Sequence record: KT919972.1
Length of the DNA stretch: 64,000 bases
Strand: one strand, 5' to 3'
Positions 46,383 through 54,571 of this stretch are shown one piece after another (position 1 is the first letter of the stretch; each line of letters starts with the position of its first letter). Under the pieces are notes generated by a model. The model was not told the origin of the DNA and made no database searches. It saw nothing but the letters and a program-made list of their open reading frames with translations. Position numbers and translations under genes: made by a program.

Positions 46383-46441
46383 TTGACTGTATTACTTATT
46401 TAGGTTAATATCTATCGCATCGAAACGAAAGAGAGAACACT
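46383..46441 (+). promoter_or_regulatory. Early promoter and leader overlapping a divergent late-promoter-like motif
   Basis: GG-TTGACT-N18-TAATAT; CATCGAAACGA; minus-strand TAAATA inside the spacer (46398-46403). Confidence 0.65.
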
Positions 46442-47137
46442 ATGACTAATGCAGCTCGCAAATATGTGTACGACATCTTCCATGATGAGCTTCAAAAGCC
46501 GTCTGTGAATCTAGACGCCTTTAAAATTAAAGGTTCAAATGGTAAACCACTTCTCGGTTATCTGACTGACACACATCTACGCAAACTACGATTTGTTATG
46601 TTCGTGAGTAAGCGACATGCATCCGAGTACGGACGTTCTTATTGGTCTCATGATGTTCGTGATGATTGTGACAAAATCGAAGGTACTTGGTCGAGCGTAG
46701 CGAAAGAAATTATAAAGCGCAAAGCTGAATACGCAAATTACGTGACTAAGACGTATCTTGATTACGACTATGGTGTTGAAGAGCCGACCCTTGCAATCAT
46801 CGACAAGATGCTGAATAAACCGAAGCGTTTTCACGTTGCAAAGTACGTCAACAATGAAATGTGTGTTAGTGAGAATAATGATTCAATTGTGCTAATTGAT
46901 CGTGATACTGATGTGAAATTCGTTGTGAAGTATCAAGATTTTCGCTATACTGGCGAATTGATGCGTCTCGCGACGCCTGCAAACGTGTTTACCAATAACG
47001 AAGAGAAAGCACTTTGCAGTGCAATTTCAAATCTCGTGAGTTCTCGAATCAACGATATTCTTGCTAAGAAGCGAGCGAAAGAAGAGAAACGTCGCCAAGC
47101 AAAACGCCAACAACTAATTGAAGCATACGGAGCTTAA
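46442..47137 (+). CDS. Hypothetical early protein
   Basis: AAGAGAGAACACTATG leader. Confidence 0.75.
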   Translation: MTNAARKYVYDIFHDELQKPSVNLDAFKIKGSNGKPLLGYLTDTHLRKLRFVMFVSKRHASEYGRSYWSHDVRDDCDKIEGTWSSVAKEIIKRKAEYANYVTKTYLDYDYGVEEPTLAIIDKMLNKPKRFHVAKYVNNEMCVSENNDSIVLIDRDTDVKFVVKYQDFRYTGELMRLATPANVFTNNEEKALCSAISNLVSSRINDILAKKRAKEEKRRQAKRQQLIEAYGA

Positions 47138-47139
47138 TC

Positions 47140-47532
47140 ATGGCATATCAAGTAATCAACGGCAAATTGCGTAAAGTAAAGAAAAACAAGCCACGCGACT
47201 ATGATAAAGAGTGGTCAAAGATGCACGAAACTGCCAAGAAGCAAGCAGAAATCATGGATCGCATTCATGAACGTGAGCGCATTGAACGTCTAGGTTCTCG
47301 TGAGCGTCATGAAGCAATGATTGACCTTGCTAAACGCAATGTTCGTAAAGGTAAGAAAGGCGGCGACTGTAACGTAACTCAGTGTCAAAAGCCCGGTGCA
47401 AGCTCGTATAACGTTGCAATGAGAGCGTATTACTGCGAGTCTTGTGCTCAAGAAATTTGGTTAGTAGGTCAACGTCAAGGTCGTGATTTCATTCGACCAA
47501 CACCAGATTACACATACAAGTACGAGGGTTAA
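47140..47532 (+). CDS. Hypothetical protein with a Cys4 zinc-finger-like motif
   Basis: CNVTQC...YYCESCA. Confidence 0.65.
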   Translation: MAYQVINGKLRKVKKNKPRDYDKEWSKMHETAKKQAEIMDRIHERERIERLGSRERHEAMIDLAKRNVRKGKKGGDCNVTQCQKPGASSYNVAMRAYYCESCAQEIWLVGQRQGRDFIRPTPDYTYKYEG

Positions 47533-47536
47533 TCTC

Positions 47537-47776
47537 ATGGGCGAATTTTTATTTCTTATGTTCATTATCACGTTTGTAATTTCAAACATCATCGCGATTT
47601 TCATGGGTCTGCATATAATATTCGAACGAACATACAATATACCCATGATTATGGTCATGTTATATGGCTTCATCGGTACGCTACTCGTAGCAACTGTCAT
47701 GTCTATTCTGTTCGTCTTATGTAAAATCGAAGAAACAGAATTTTGGCGAAAAATTTCTAAAATGAGGGAAATCTAA
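47537..47776 (+). CDS. Small membrane protein
   Basis: Two hydrophobic segments. Confidence 0.6.
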   Translation: MGEFLFLMFIITFVISNIIAIFMGLHIIFERTYNIPMIMVMLYGFIGTLLVATVMSILFVLCKIEETEFWRKISKMREI

Positions 47777-47886
47777 TGAAAAACATTATTCTAGTAGATC
47801 ATAAAGAACCGACGACTGCAATCGCCGTCAAATGTGATGTAGTTGAGCAGAAACAATATTTCGACTTAGAGATACGTGGACTATGA
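47776..47886 (+). CDS. 36-aa hypothetical peptide
   Basis: GAGG RBS; start and stop overlap both neighbours. Confidence 0.45.
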   Translation: MKNIILVDHKEPTTAIAVKCDVVEQKQYFDLEIRGL

Positions 47887-48164
47887 GTTTTGAAACAAAG
47901 ATTGTATGTTACGGTGCACTTGTAACAGAAGTTGAGCATGGTTGGGGTTCTCGCCCAGACGGCTACATCATTGCGAAAAGCGAAGCTGAGGTGCTTAAAA
48001 AAGGCGCTGAAATGCGAGAAATCGCTTCTAAGTCGAAGTACGGTTATGAATATATCGGTGAAGTGTTCACATTTGAACCAACTCAAAAGGCTATCGATAA
48101 GTTAACTGATAACGAGTTTGTTTGGACTGGTCGAGACTTCTCTGAATGGGGCAAGCGAATTTAA
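47883..48164 (+). CDS. Hypothetical protein
   Basis: TEVEHGWGSRPDGY. Confidence 0.7.
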   Translation: MSFETKIVCYGALVTEVEHGWGSRPDGYIIAKSEAEVLKKGAEMREIASKSKYGYEYIGEVFTFEPTQKAIDKLTDNEFVWTGRDFSEWGKRI

Positions 48165-48172
48165 AAATATTA

Positions 48173-48216
48173 TGAAACTAGTTTAATATCAACGACATGA
48201 TGTTATACTAGTTTCA
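48173..48216 (+). promoter_or_regulatory. Class II promoter inside a long inverted repeat
   Basis: G-TTTAAT-N16-TATACT; tgaaactagt (48173-82) / actagtttca (48207-16). Confidence 0.6.
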
Positions 48217-48293
48217 CATTGCAGCAATGTACTGCAATTCGCGTCTGGTTAGGTTGTACAGATAAAATAAAACTTAAAAATAATAGGTATAAA

Positions 48294-49670
48294 ATGAAAA
48301 AACTTTGGCTTTCATTAGCATTGTTATGTTCTACAGCGTCAACAACAGCGGCTACATTCACGGGACTACCTGCTGAGGGTGTTGAAACCCCGAGTCCTTT
48401 CACAACTGAGTTCACGTTCCCTTACATGACGAACGGCTATCATAACTCAGTGTTACGTACTTGGTTAAACAGCGCGATGCAAGAAGCAGACGCTGAATAT
48501 AAGAAAACAGGTGAAATCAGTCAGACCGTTAACAGTACTTACATTTCGATGGATAGTAACGGTTACGGGTTCTGGAAAGATTCAACTGACATGCGTACAA
48601 TGTCACCGAGTGATGACATGCGTGCTCTTAGTACACTTGCTATGGCACCATTGAAATGGGCGTGTTCGGTATCTGGTAGCGCATGTTTCGACAGCGGTTT
48701 TGAGTACTCGCTTCGTATGAATGCAGACTCAAGTAAGTTTGATGTGAATGGCTCGCTTGATGTGGGTTGGGCTAACTTACGTCGCGAGAGCTGTCGCTAT
48801 CAGCTCGGTAAGCGTGTATGTTACACAGTAAACGACATGAACTACGGTGGTGACCTAGCGGGCTTCTGGATCAAAGCGTTGAACTGGTTGAATACGACTG
48901 AAGATCTATCAAACATCAAGACATCAATTGACCAAGCGACCAAGACGTTTGACCGCCCTTACTTGATGGTTAATGCAACGTTAATCCCGGGCATGGGTGG
49001 TGATGGTAATCTATCATACTTCCACATGGCAGACTCTAAGTGGTGGGAAACATGGCAAAAGCAAGTGAACTCGAACTCAGTTCAAGTTGGTTACAAACTA
49101 GCCTTAATTGAACCGATTCTGACTGGTAACAGTTCTGGTCTATATCAGACATACTCACCGCAGACTGACGATCTACGAAACTTCCCGCACTTGGAAGGTC
49201 GTATTCCACTGTATGAATACAGCTCAGTACGTGCAATTGAGATTTTGAAGATGCAGCGTGAAAACGCATTGATCGGCGCGTCGATGAAAGCATATGCAGG
49301 GTTCAATAACAACTTCGAGTCGTGCCGTGCGAACATGATCATGACAGGCGATGAAGGTTACTTACCTGCACCTGGTTATTCAGGTGGCGTCACTTCAATT
49401 TACGGTGTTGCACCGTCATACGACGAACACACAACCTTTGCGATTTTCGCATGGGCGGCAAACACCAAGTCTGAGTCGAAGATGTACGATCTTGCAAACT
49501 ACGACCACAACACTCGCGTATTCTTACACGAAATCGGTCATAACTACGGCTACGGTCATAACTCAACACCGAACACAGATCAATACTGGAAAGATTTGAG
49601 CGAAGAGCGTGTTCCGTACGTACGCTCTAAGATTGATAAGGGCGAACATTGCGGTGGGCGCGTACTTTAA
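48294..49670 (+). CDS. Exported zinc metalloprotease-like protein
   Basis: Sec-type signal MKKLWLSLALLCSTASTTAA; C-terminal HEIGHNYGYGH (HExxHxxGxxH). Confidence 0.75.
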   Translation: MKKLWLSLALLCSTASTTAATFTGLPAEGVETPSPFTTEFTFPYMTNGYHNSVLRTWLNSAMQEADAEYKKTGEISQTVNSTYISMDSNGYGFWKDSTDMRTMSPSDDMRALSTLAMAPLKWACSVSGSACFDSGFEYSLRMNADSSKFDVNGSLDVGWANLRRESCRYQLGKRVCYTVNDMNYGGDLAGFWIKALNWLNTTEDLSNIKTSIDQATKTFDRPYLMVNATLIPGMGGDGNLSYFHMADSKWWETWQKQVNSNSVQVGYKLALIEPILTGNSSGLYQTYSPQTDDLRNFPHLEGRIPLYEYSSVRAIEILKMQRENALIGASMKAYAGFNNNFESCRANMIMTGDEGYLPAPGYSGGVTSIYGVAPSYDEHTTFAIFAWAANTKSESKMYDLANYDHNTRVFLHEIGHNYGYGHNSTPNTDQYWKDLSEERVPYVRSKIDKGEHCGGRVL

Positions 49671-49892
49671 TGATTTAGTGGCGGCGATTGTCGCCACTCT
49701 AAAACGAGGTTATTATGAGAAAGCATGAAATACGAGATATGGTTGAACGTCAAGGGTTCATTCTGAACGAAGAAATTGACGAACACAATCAATCACTCTG
49801 GCAGATAAAAGACAACGGTCAAGTTGTTTACGAATCGTATAATGAATATTGCCTTGAGGCATTTCTCAAAGGTGTTAGATATTCAGAACAGT

Positions 49893-49914
49893 AAGCGCCT
49901 TTATGGCGCTTTTT
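49893..49914 (+). terminator. Probable intrinsic terminator
   Basis: aagcgcc-tttat-ggcgcttttt. Confidence 0.6.
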
Positions 49915-49923
49915 GAGGTTATT

Positions 49924-50229
49924 ATGAGACGACAAATCAATAGAATGAAAAACGATAATGGTGATTTCGAGCGTTATATGCGCACGCAAGCAGCTAGATA
50001 CGCTCGAAGAGAGATCATCAACAATATAGCCGATGACAATGACATCTTCTTAGTCGGTTCTTACACGATGTACAAAGATTGTGATGAAAAGGTTGTTCTT
50101 CAGCTTGTACGATACGCAGGTTACGAGCGTGCTGAAGTTAAAGCAGTGCCGATTGTCGGTAGTCTTGTTGATTGTGTTAATGTCATTCACGGTGTTGGGT
50201 TTAGAGTGGTGCTAAATAATGATAGTTAA
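49924..50229 (+). CDS. Hypothetical protein
   Basis: GAGG RBS. Confidence 0.65.
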   Translation: MRRQINRMKNDNGDFERYMRTQAARYARREIINNIADDNDIFLVGSYTMYKDCDEKVVLQLVRYAGYERAEVKAVPIVGSLVDCVNVIHGVGFRVVLNNDS

Positions 50230-50503
50230 CATTGCTCATCATTCTTTTGATGTGTACATTGGTCGCGGCACCCCGTTTGGGAACCCATTTAAATCAGGGA
50301 TTGACGGTACTCGAAGCGAAGTTATTGAGCTTTATCGCGAGTGGTTACGCATTCAATTACAAGACGACGAATTTAAAAAGCAGTTTATGCAACTAAAAGG
50401 AAAGATTCTCGGCTGTCATTGTAAGCCTAAAGCGTGTCATGGTGATGTAATATTAGAAGAACTTGATAGATTGAGCAGCCCATTAAACAATTTTATAGGT
50501 TAA
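50219..50503 (+). CDS. DUF4326-like protein
   Basis: DVYIGRG..FGNPF, LKGK.LGC.C.P..CHGDV. Confidence 0.85.
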   Translation: MIVNIAHHSFDVYIGRGTPFGNPFKSGIDGTRSEVIELYREWLRIQLQDDEFKKQFMQLKGKILGCHCKPKACHGDVILEELDRLSSPLNNFIG

Positions 50504-50506
50504 TCT

Positions 50507-50800
50507 ATGAGAGAAGCAATTGCATTATTGAAAAACACGAAGATGAGTTATACGGACATTAGCGCATTCGGCGACCCCGTAGTATATGTTCATGCAGGTC
50601 ATGAAACGATTTTGAAAGTAGAATACACTGAAGATTGCTACTCATTTTTCGATTACAGAAGCAAGTACCTCTATACTGAACAATCAATCGACGACTTAGA
50701 AATACATTTAAAATCAATAGATGTCGGTCTTGACGACGATCTACCATTGAATGGTAATATCGACAAAGACACGATACCCGACGGGGAATTTTTAGAATGA
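50507..50800 (+). CDS. Hypothetical protein
   Basis: ORF. Confidence 0.65.
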   Translation: MREAIALLKNTKMSYTDISAFGDPVVYVHAGHETILKVEYTEDCYSFFDYRSKYLYTEQSIDDLEIHLKSIDVGLDDDLPLNGNIDKDTIPDGEFLE

Positions 50801-51246
50801 AATTTAGCGAATATCAAAACGAGCTAACAGAAGCATTTGACCGACCAGCACAGATCACAGCACGTCGTGGAAATAAGAGCTTTTTTAACGTCGGTGACAA
50901 ACGTTACATCGTCGAACTCGCATATGAAGAATACGATAAATCTATAAATGTTGAGTTTATGTATATGTCCAGAGAATCACTAACATGGAGCTATAATCTC
51001 GCGAAAGGCGATGCTAGAGACGCGATTACAGTTTTTGCAACTGTTATATCTGAAATTGAAGAATTAATGCGTAGCAAAGATGTAAATTATATACATTTCA
51101 ACGCATTTAGCGATTCGAACGCGGATGATTATCGTAAGAGACTTAGTGTATACAAACGTATTGCAAAACGATTTGCTGATGAACTTGGGTTTAAGGTTGT
51201 GTATGACATGGGTTCTATTTCACTTGAAAGACTTGATAAAAGGTAG
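50797..51246 (+). CDS. Putative internal head/injected protein, paralog family (shared domain only)
   Basis: MKFSEYQNELTEAFDRPA. Confidence 0.65.
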   Translation: MKFSEYQNELTEAFDRPAQITARRGNKSFFNVGDKRYIVELAYEEYDKSINVEFMYMSRESLTWSYNLAKGDARDAITVFATVISEIEELMRSKDVNYIHFNAFSDSNADDYRKRLSVYKRIAKRFADELGFKVVYDMGSISLERLDKR

Positions 51247-51249
51247 AAA

Positions 51250-52170
51250 ATGAAATTTAGCGAATATCAAAGACTCAACGAGTCGTTAGATCGACCAGCG
51301 AAATATAATCTCGTCCGTGAGTTACCAAATTTAAACGTGTATGAGTTTCAAGTTGATGGTGTTTATTATGAAATAGACATTCAGAAAGGCATTATACGTG
51401 AACCGAACGGGATGAAGTCTATGAAGGCTGATGTGTCGTTCAAAGCTCTTGATGGTAGTGGTTATAATCTAACTAAGAAAGATGATAAAACAGCACGAGT
51501 CGTATTATCAACGGTTGTCGATGCGATTTTCAGTTTTGTTAGAGACAATTCACCTGCTCAAATAACATATAGCGCGTTCAATGACGCTGATCAGCGTGAT
51601 GCAGATAAACGTCTCAGACTGTATAAGATCATGACAAAGGCGAAACTTAGAGAATTCCCTCAGTATGATTACAGAAACGTAGGTCGTGAATTCATTGTGT
51701 ATGATGTGGGTTATCAACAACGTGTAGATGACTTTTCACGTCGAGCACGTCGTCCAGTCGGGTTTGAAGAACATAGCGACCATGTTGAAGTTAATTTATC
51801 TCACGCCAATGCATATGCATTTGTAAGAGCGTTTGAAGTTGAAGATGGTTCGATGATTAGTGGTGTTCTAGGGCAAGGTCGTGCAGTTGTAAAAGCGGCT
51901 GACGAAATTGCAGCTAGGTTACGTGTAAATCGCGTTGTGTATGAAATGTCTGACCGAGAGGGATGGTTAGCAGCACTACAGCACCCAATTTTCGACTATG
52001 GTGAGGGTCCTGAAGAAGATAGAACATATCTGGTTGGTGCATTCAAGAACTTCTATATCGTCTTGACTAGTCAAACAAGTCTAAAAATATACACCGACGA
52101 TGCAGCGTTTACCAAATATGTGAATGCATTCGATGCGCCGTGGTTAAACCCAGAAATAATGGAATCTTAA
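51250..52170 (+). CDS. Putative internal head/injected protein, paralog family plus unique C-domain
   Basis: MKFSEYQRLNESLDRPA; ITYSAF.D...DKRLRLYK. Confidence 0.65.
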   Translation: MKFSEYQRLNESLDRPAKYNLVRELPNLNVYEFQVDGVYYEIDIQKGIIREPNGMKSMKADVSFKALDGSGYNLTKKDDKTARVVLSTVVDAIFSFVRDNSPAQITYSAFNDADQRDADKRLRLYKIMTKAKLREFPQYDYRNVGREFIVYDVGYQQRVDDFSRRARRPVGFEEHSDHVEVNLSHANAYAFVRAFEVEDGSMISGVLGQGRAVVKAADEIAARLRVNRVVYEMSDREGWLAALQHPIFDYGEGPEEDRTYLVGAFKNFYIVLTSQTSLKIYTDDAAFTKYVNAFDAPWLNPEIMES

Positions 52171-52171
52171 A

Positions 52172-53047
52172 ATGAAATTTAGCGAATATCAAAACGAGCT
52201 AACAGAAGCGTTTAACCGCGCTGCACCCATAACAGCACGCCGTGGTAATCAGAGTTACTTCGAAATAGACGGCGCAGAGTATATGATTGGTCTGTATTAT
52301 GAAGAAGATCGCAAAGCTCTAGGTGTCGATTTTATGTATAAGCCAGCGGGTGCAATGTCTTACAGTTACAGCCTAGCAAAGGGTGATTCTAAAGACGCGA
52401 TGACTGTTTTCGCCACGGTTATTTCTGAAATTAAGCACGTGATGCAAAACAACATCGTAAATCGAATCACATTTGCAGCATTTGATGACACAAATCGTTC
52501 TGATTCCCGTAAGCGTACTCGATTATACAAAAGAATGGCTGAACGATTTGCCAAAGATTTAGGTTTCAAATTGAGAGTATCAAATGAATCTGAAGGTGCG
52601 TCATTCGTGATGGAAAGAATCGTTCCTATTGAAGACCCAAAGCCTGTTCACACTGATAACCCGACTGGATATGATACAGAAATGGGAACTGAATTGCTCG
52701 ATTTACCTACAATCAACGACGCTGCTATTGTTAAAGTAACGGGTGGTGATGGTATTTGGTATCTTCGTGGCGGTCACTCGTTAAACATCGAAGCTGGTAT
52801 TGTTGAACTTTCGCCAGGTAGCATCAATGATGATGTTGCTTGGTATAAATCATTTTACACGTTAGAGTGGTATTATGAACCTGAAGACGAGCTTTTCTAC
52901 GATGATGAGCAACGTATAGCAATGATTTCTGGTAAGATCTGGGTAATCAATGGAAATGAGATCACCGTTTGGAGTGATGTTAGTTCTCTTGAAGCCCAAA
53001 GTGATTCGAAATTGAGTCAAACAACGTTAGAACGAATTGGTGCTTAA
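52172..53047 (+). CDS. Putative internal head/injected protein, paralog family plus unique acidic C-domain
   Basis: MKFSEYQNELTEAFNRAA; first 38 nt identical to the 50797 gene. Confidence 0.65.
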   Translation: MKFSEYQNELTEAFNRAAPITARRGNQSYFEIDGAEYMIGLYYEEDRKALGVDFMYKPAGAMSYSYSLAKGDSKDAMTVFATVISEIKHVMQNNIVNRITFAAFDDTNRSDSRKRTRLYKRMAERFAKDLGFKLRVSNESEGASFVMERIVPIEDPKPVHTDNPTGYDTEMGTELLDLPTINDAAIVKVTGGDGIWYLRGGHSLNIEAGIVELSPGSINDDVAWYKSFYTLEWYYEPEDELFYDDEQRIAMISGKIWVINGNEITVWSDVSSLEAQSDSKLSQTTLERIGA

Positions 53048-53057
53048 ATTAAATACA

Positions 53058-53083
53058 GAAAGGTAGCTTCGGCTACCTTTTTT
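53058..53083 (+). terminator. Intrinsic terminator
   Basis: gaaaggtagc-ttcg-gctacctttttt. Confidence 0.85.
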
Positions 53084-53104
53084 CGTTTTAGAGCAAAAAA
53101 ACGG

Positions 53105-53179
53105 TTGCATGAATTTCACGAAACGCCTATTATAGCTACATCGAAACGACATCGACTACTAACAAAGAGAGAGAACATT
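53105..53179 (+). promoter_or_regulatory. Class I early promoter plus conserved leader
   Basis: GG-TTGCAT-N17-TATTAT-AGCTACATCGAAACGACATCGAC...AAGAGAGAGAACATT. Confidence 0.8.
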
Positions 53180-53374
53180 ATGAAAGCACGCATCAATCAA
53201 GGTTTTGGCAAATACACTGAAGTTGAAATCGTTTCACACGACGAAAACTCAGTAAACCGTCTTGGTAACAAAGACAACTACACTGTTAGAATCACAGGCG
53301 GTGTTGACTGTTTCGGCAAACCTGCTAAAATCGGTGCTGTTCAGACAGTTCAAGCATCAAACATCGAATTTTAA
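53180..53374 (+). CDS. Hypothetical early protein
   Basis: Start MKARINQG after the leader. Confidence 0.7.
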   Translation: MKARINQGFGKYTEVEIVSHDENSVNRLGNKDNYTVRITGGVDCFGKPAKIGAVQTVQASNIEF

Positions 53375-53386
53375 GAGGTAACAAAC

Positions 53387-53686
53387 ATGGATATTACTGG
53401 TAAATTAGAACTATCAATTAAGCAGTTTGTGAACACAGGGTTCAACCCGAATAAAACTCACATTCTAGTTGGTCAAGCAAGCGGTCACTCAATCGAGCGA
53501 TTCAATGACGCAGGCGAAATCATGACTTCTAATGTCATGTATGTTGAAATCAATGGCGGTATTGTGTATGCTGTGACGCACTATAAGAGTCGTTATCAAC
53601 TAACCAACGTGTCTTTTGACGAGATTACGCAAATGATTAAAGACGCTGCTGAACGCGGTATTAACATTCCGCTTTACAACAACTAG
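53387..53686 (+). CDS. Hypothetical protein
   Basis: GAGG RBS. Confidence 0.7.
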   Translation: MDITGKLELSIKQFVNTGFNPNKTHILVGQASGHSIERFNDAGEIMTSNVMYVEINGGIVYAVTHYKSRYQLTNVSFDEITQMIKDAAERGINIPLYNN

Positions 53687-53747
53687 AAATTCTGCTTTAA
53701 TACAAACGAATTCACTATTTTTGATTACTTTTTGAGAGAAATATATT

Positions 53748-54065
53748 ATGACTACATTCAACGTTAACTTCACTGCTGCAATCGAACTTACTTCTAAAGA
53801 ATTCGTTGAGACGAATCGCATCAAAGGTCGTTTCTTCAATTCAATGGTTGGTCATGAGCAAGGCGAGCACGCATTAACTGCGCCGATTGAATCATTCAAA
53901 GTAATCGACAACAAAGTATACGCAGAGACGCGCAACGCAGTATATCACATTCGTAACCTATCTGCTGTTGCTCTTGCTGACTTCAACACAATCAACGCAC
54001 CAGTTTACGTAAAAAAAGCTGATGCGCAGTTTGATGAACTAGTTAAATCTGCTCTGTTATCGTAA
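53748..54065 (+). CDS. Hypothetical protein
   Basis: GAGAG RBS. Confidence 0.7.
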   Translation: MTTFNVNFTAAIELTSKEFVETNRIKGRFFNSMVGHEQGEHALTAPIESFKVIDNKVYAETRNAVYHIRNLSAVALADFNTINAPVYVKKADAQFDELVKSALLS

Positions 54066-54517
54066 TGTACCCGAAGAATAAAAGCTATTATGACTTGGTG
54101 TATCTTGACATCGCCAAGTCATTTGCTAAGAAAAGCACCTGCAAGCAGAAGCAAGTAGGTGCTGTCATCGTCAAGAATGATCGTATTATCTCACACGGTT
54201 ACAATGGTGTTCCTGCGGGTGTGACACACTGTAATAAAATCGAAGACTATGGCGATTTATCACATCGCGAATGGTCAGAAATTCACGAGATACATGCGGA
54301 ACAAAACGCGATTTGCTACGCTGCACGCGCTGGCATATCTACTGAAGGCGCGACTATGTATGTTACAACGTCGCCGTGTCATAACTGTGCCAAGCTGATA
54401 GTCGCGGCTGGTATCAAAATTCTCATTGTAGGTTCGATTTACAGCGGTTCACAACCCGATTGGTGGCATTGGCTAGATGCTCGTGGTGTGAAAGTTATTA
54501 TGTTCGAAGACGAATAA
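54065..54517 (+). CDS. cd: dCMP deaminase
   Basis: STC..KQVGAVIV, GYNG, HAEQNAI, SPCHNCAK. Confidence 0.93.
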   Translation: MYPKNKSYYDLVYLDIAKSFAKKSTCKQKQVGAVIVKNDRIISHGYNGVPAGVTHCNKIEDYGDLSHREWSEIHEIHAEQNAICYAARAGISTEGATMYVTTSPCHNCAKLIVAAGIKILIVGSIYSGSQPDWWHWLDARGVKVIMFEDE

Positions 54518-54518
54518 T

Positions 54519-54547
54519 GTTTAATATAAGTAATTCGGACTTATAAT
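54519..54547 (+). promoter_or_regulatory. Class II promoter for the deazaguanine cluster
   Basis: G-TTTAAT-N16-TATAAT. Confidence 0.6.
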
Positions 54548-54571
54548 AGAGCTTTAACAAGAGAGAAACAT

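Noticed and set aside
49700-49894. Small ORF between the exported protease and the 49924 gene
   Set aside because: A reading frame ends at 49894, but I could not reconcile the RBS-linked ATG (49716) with that frame, so it is not called.
23384-53179. CRISPR-like array from recurring 30-40 nt repeats
   Set aside because: Copies are kilobases apart and are promoter/terminator modules; no repeat-spacer periodicity and no cas genes.
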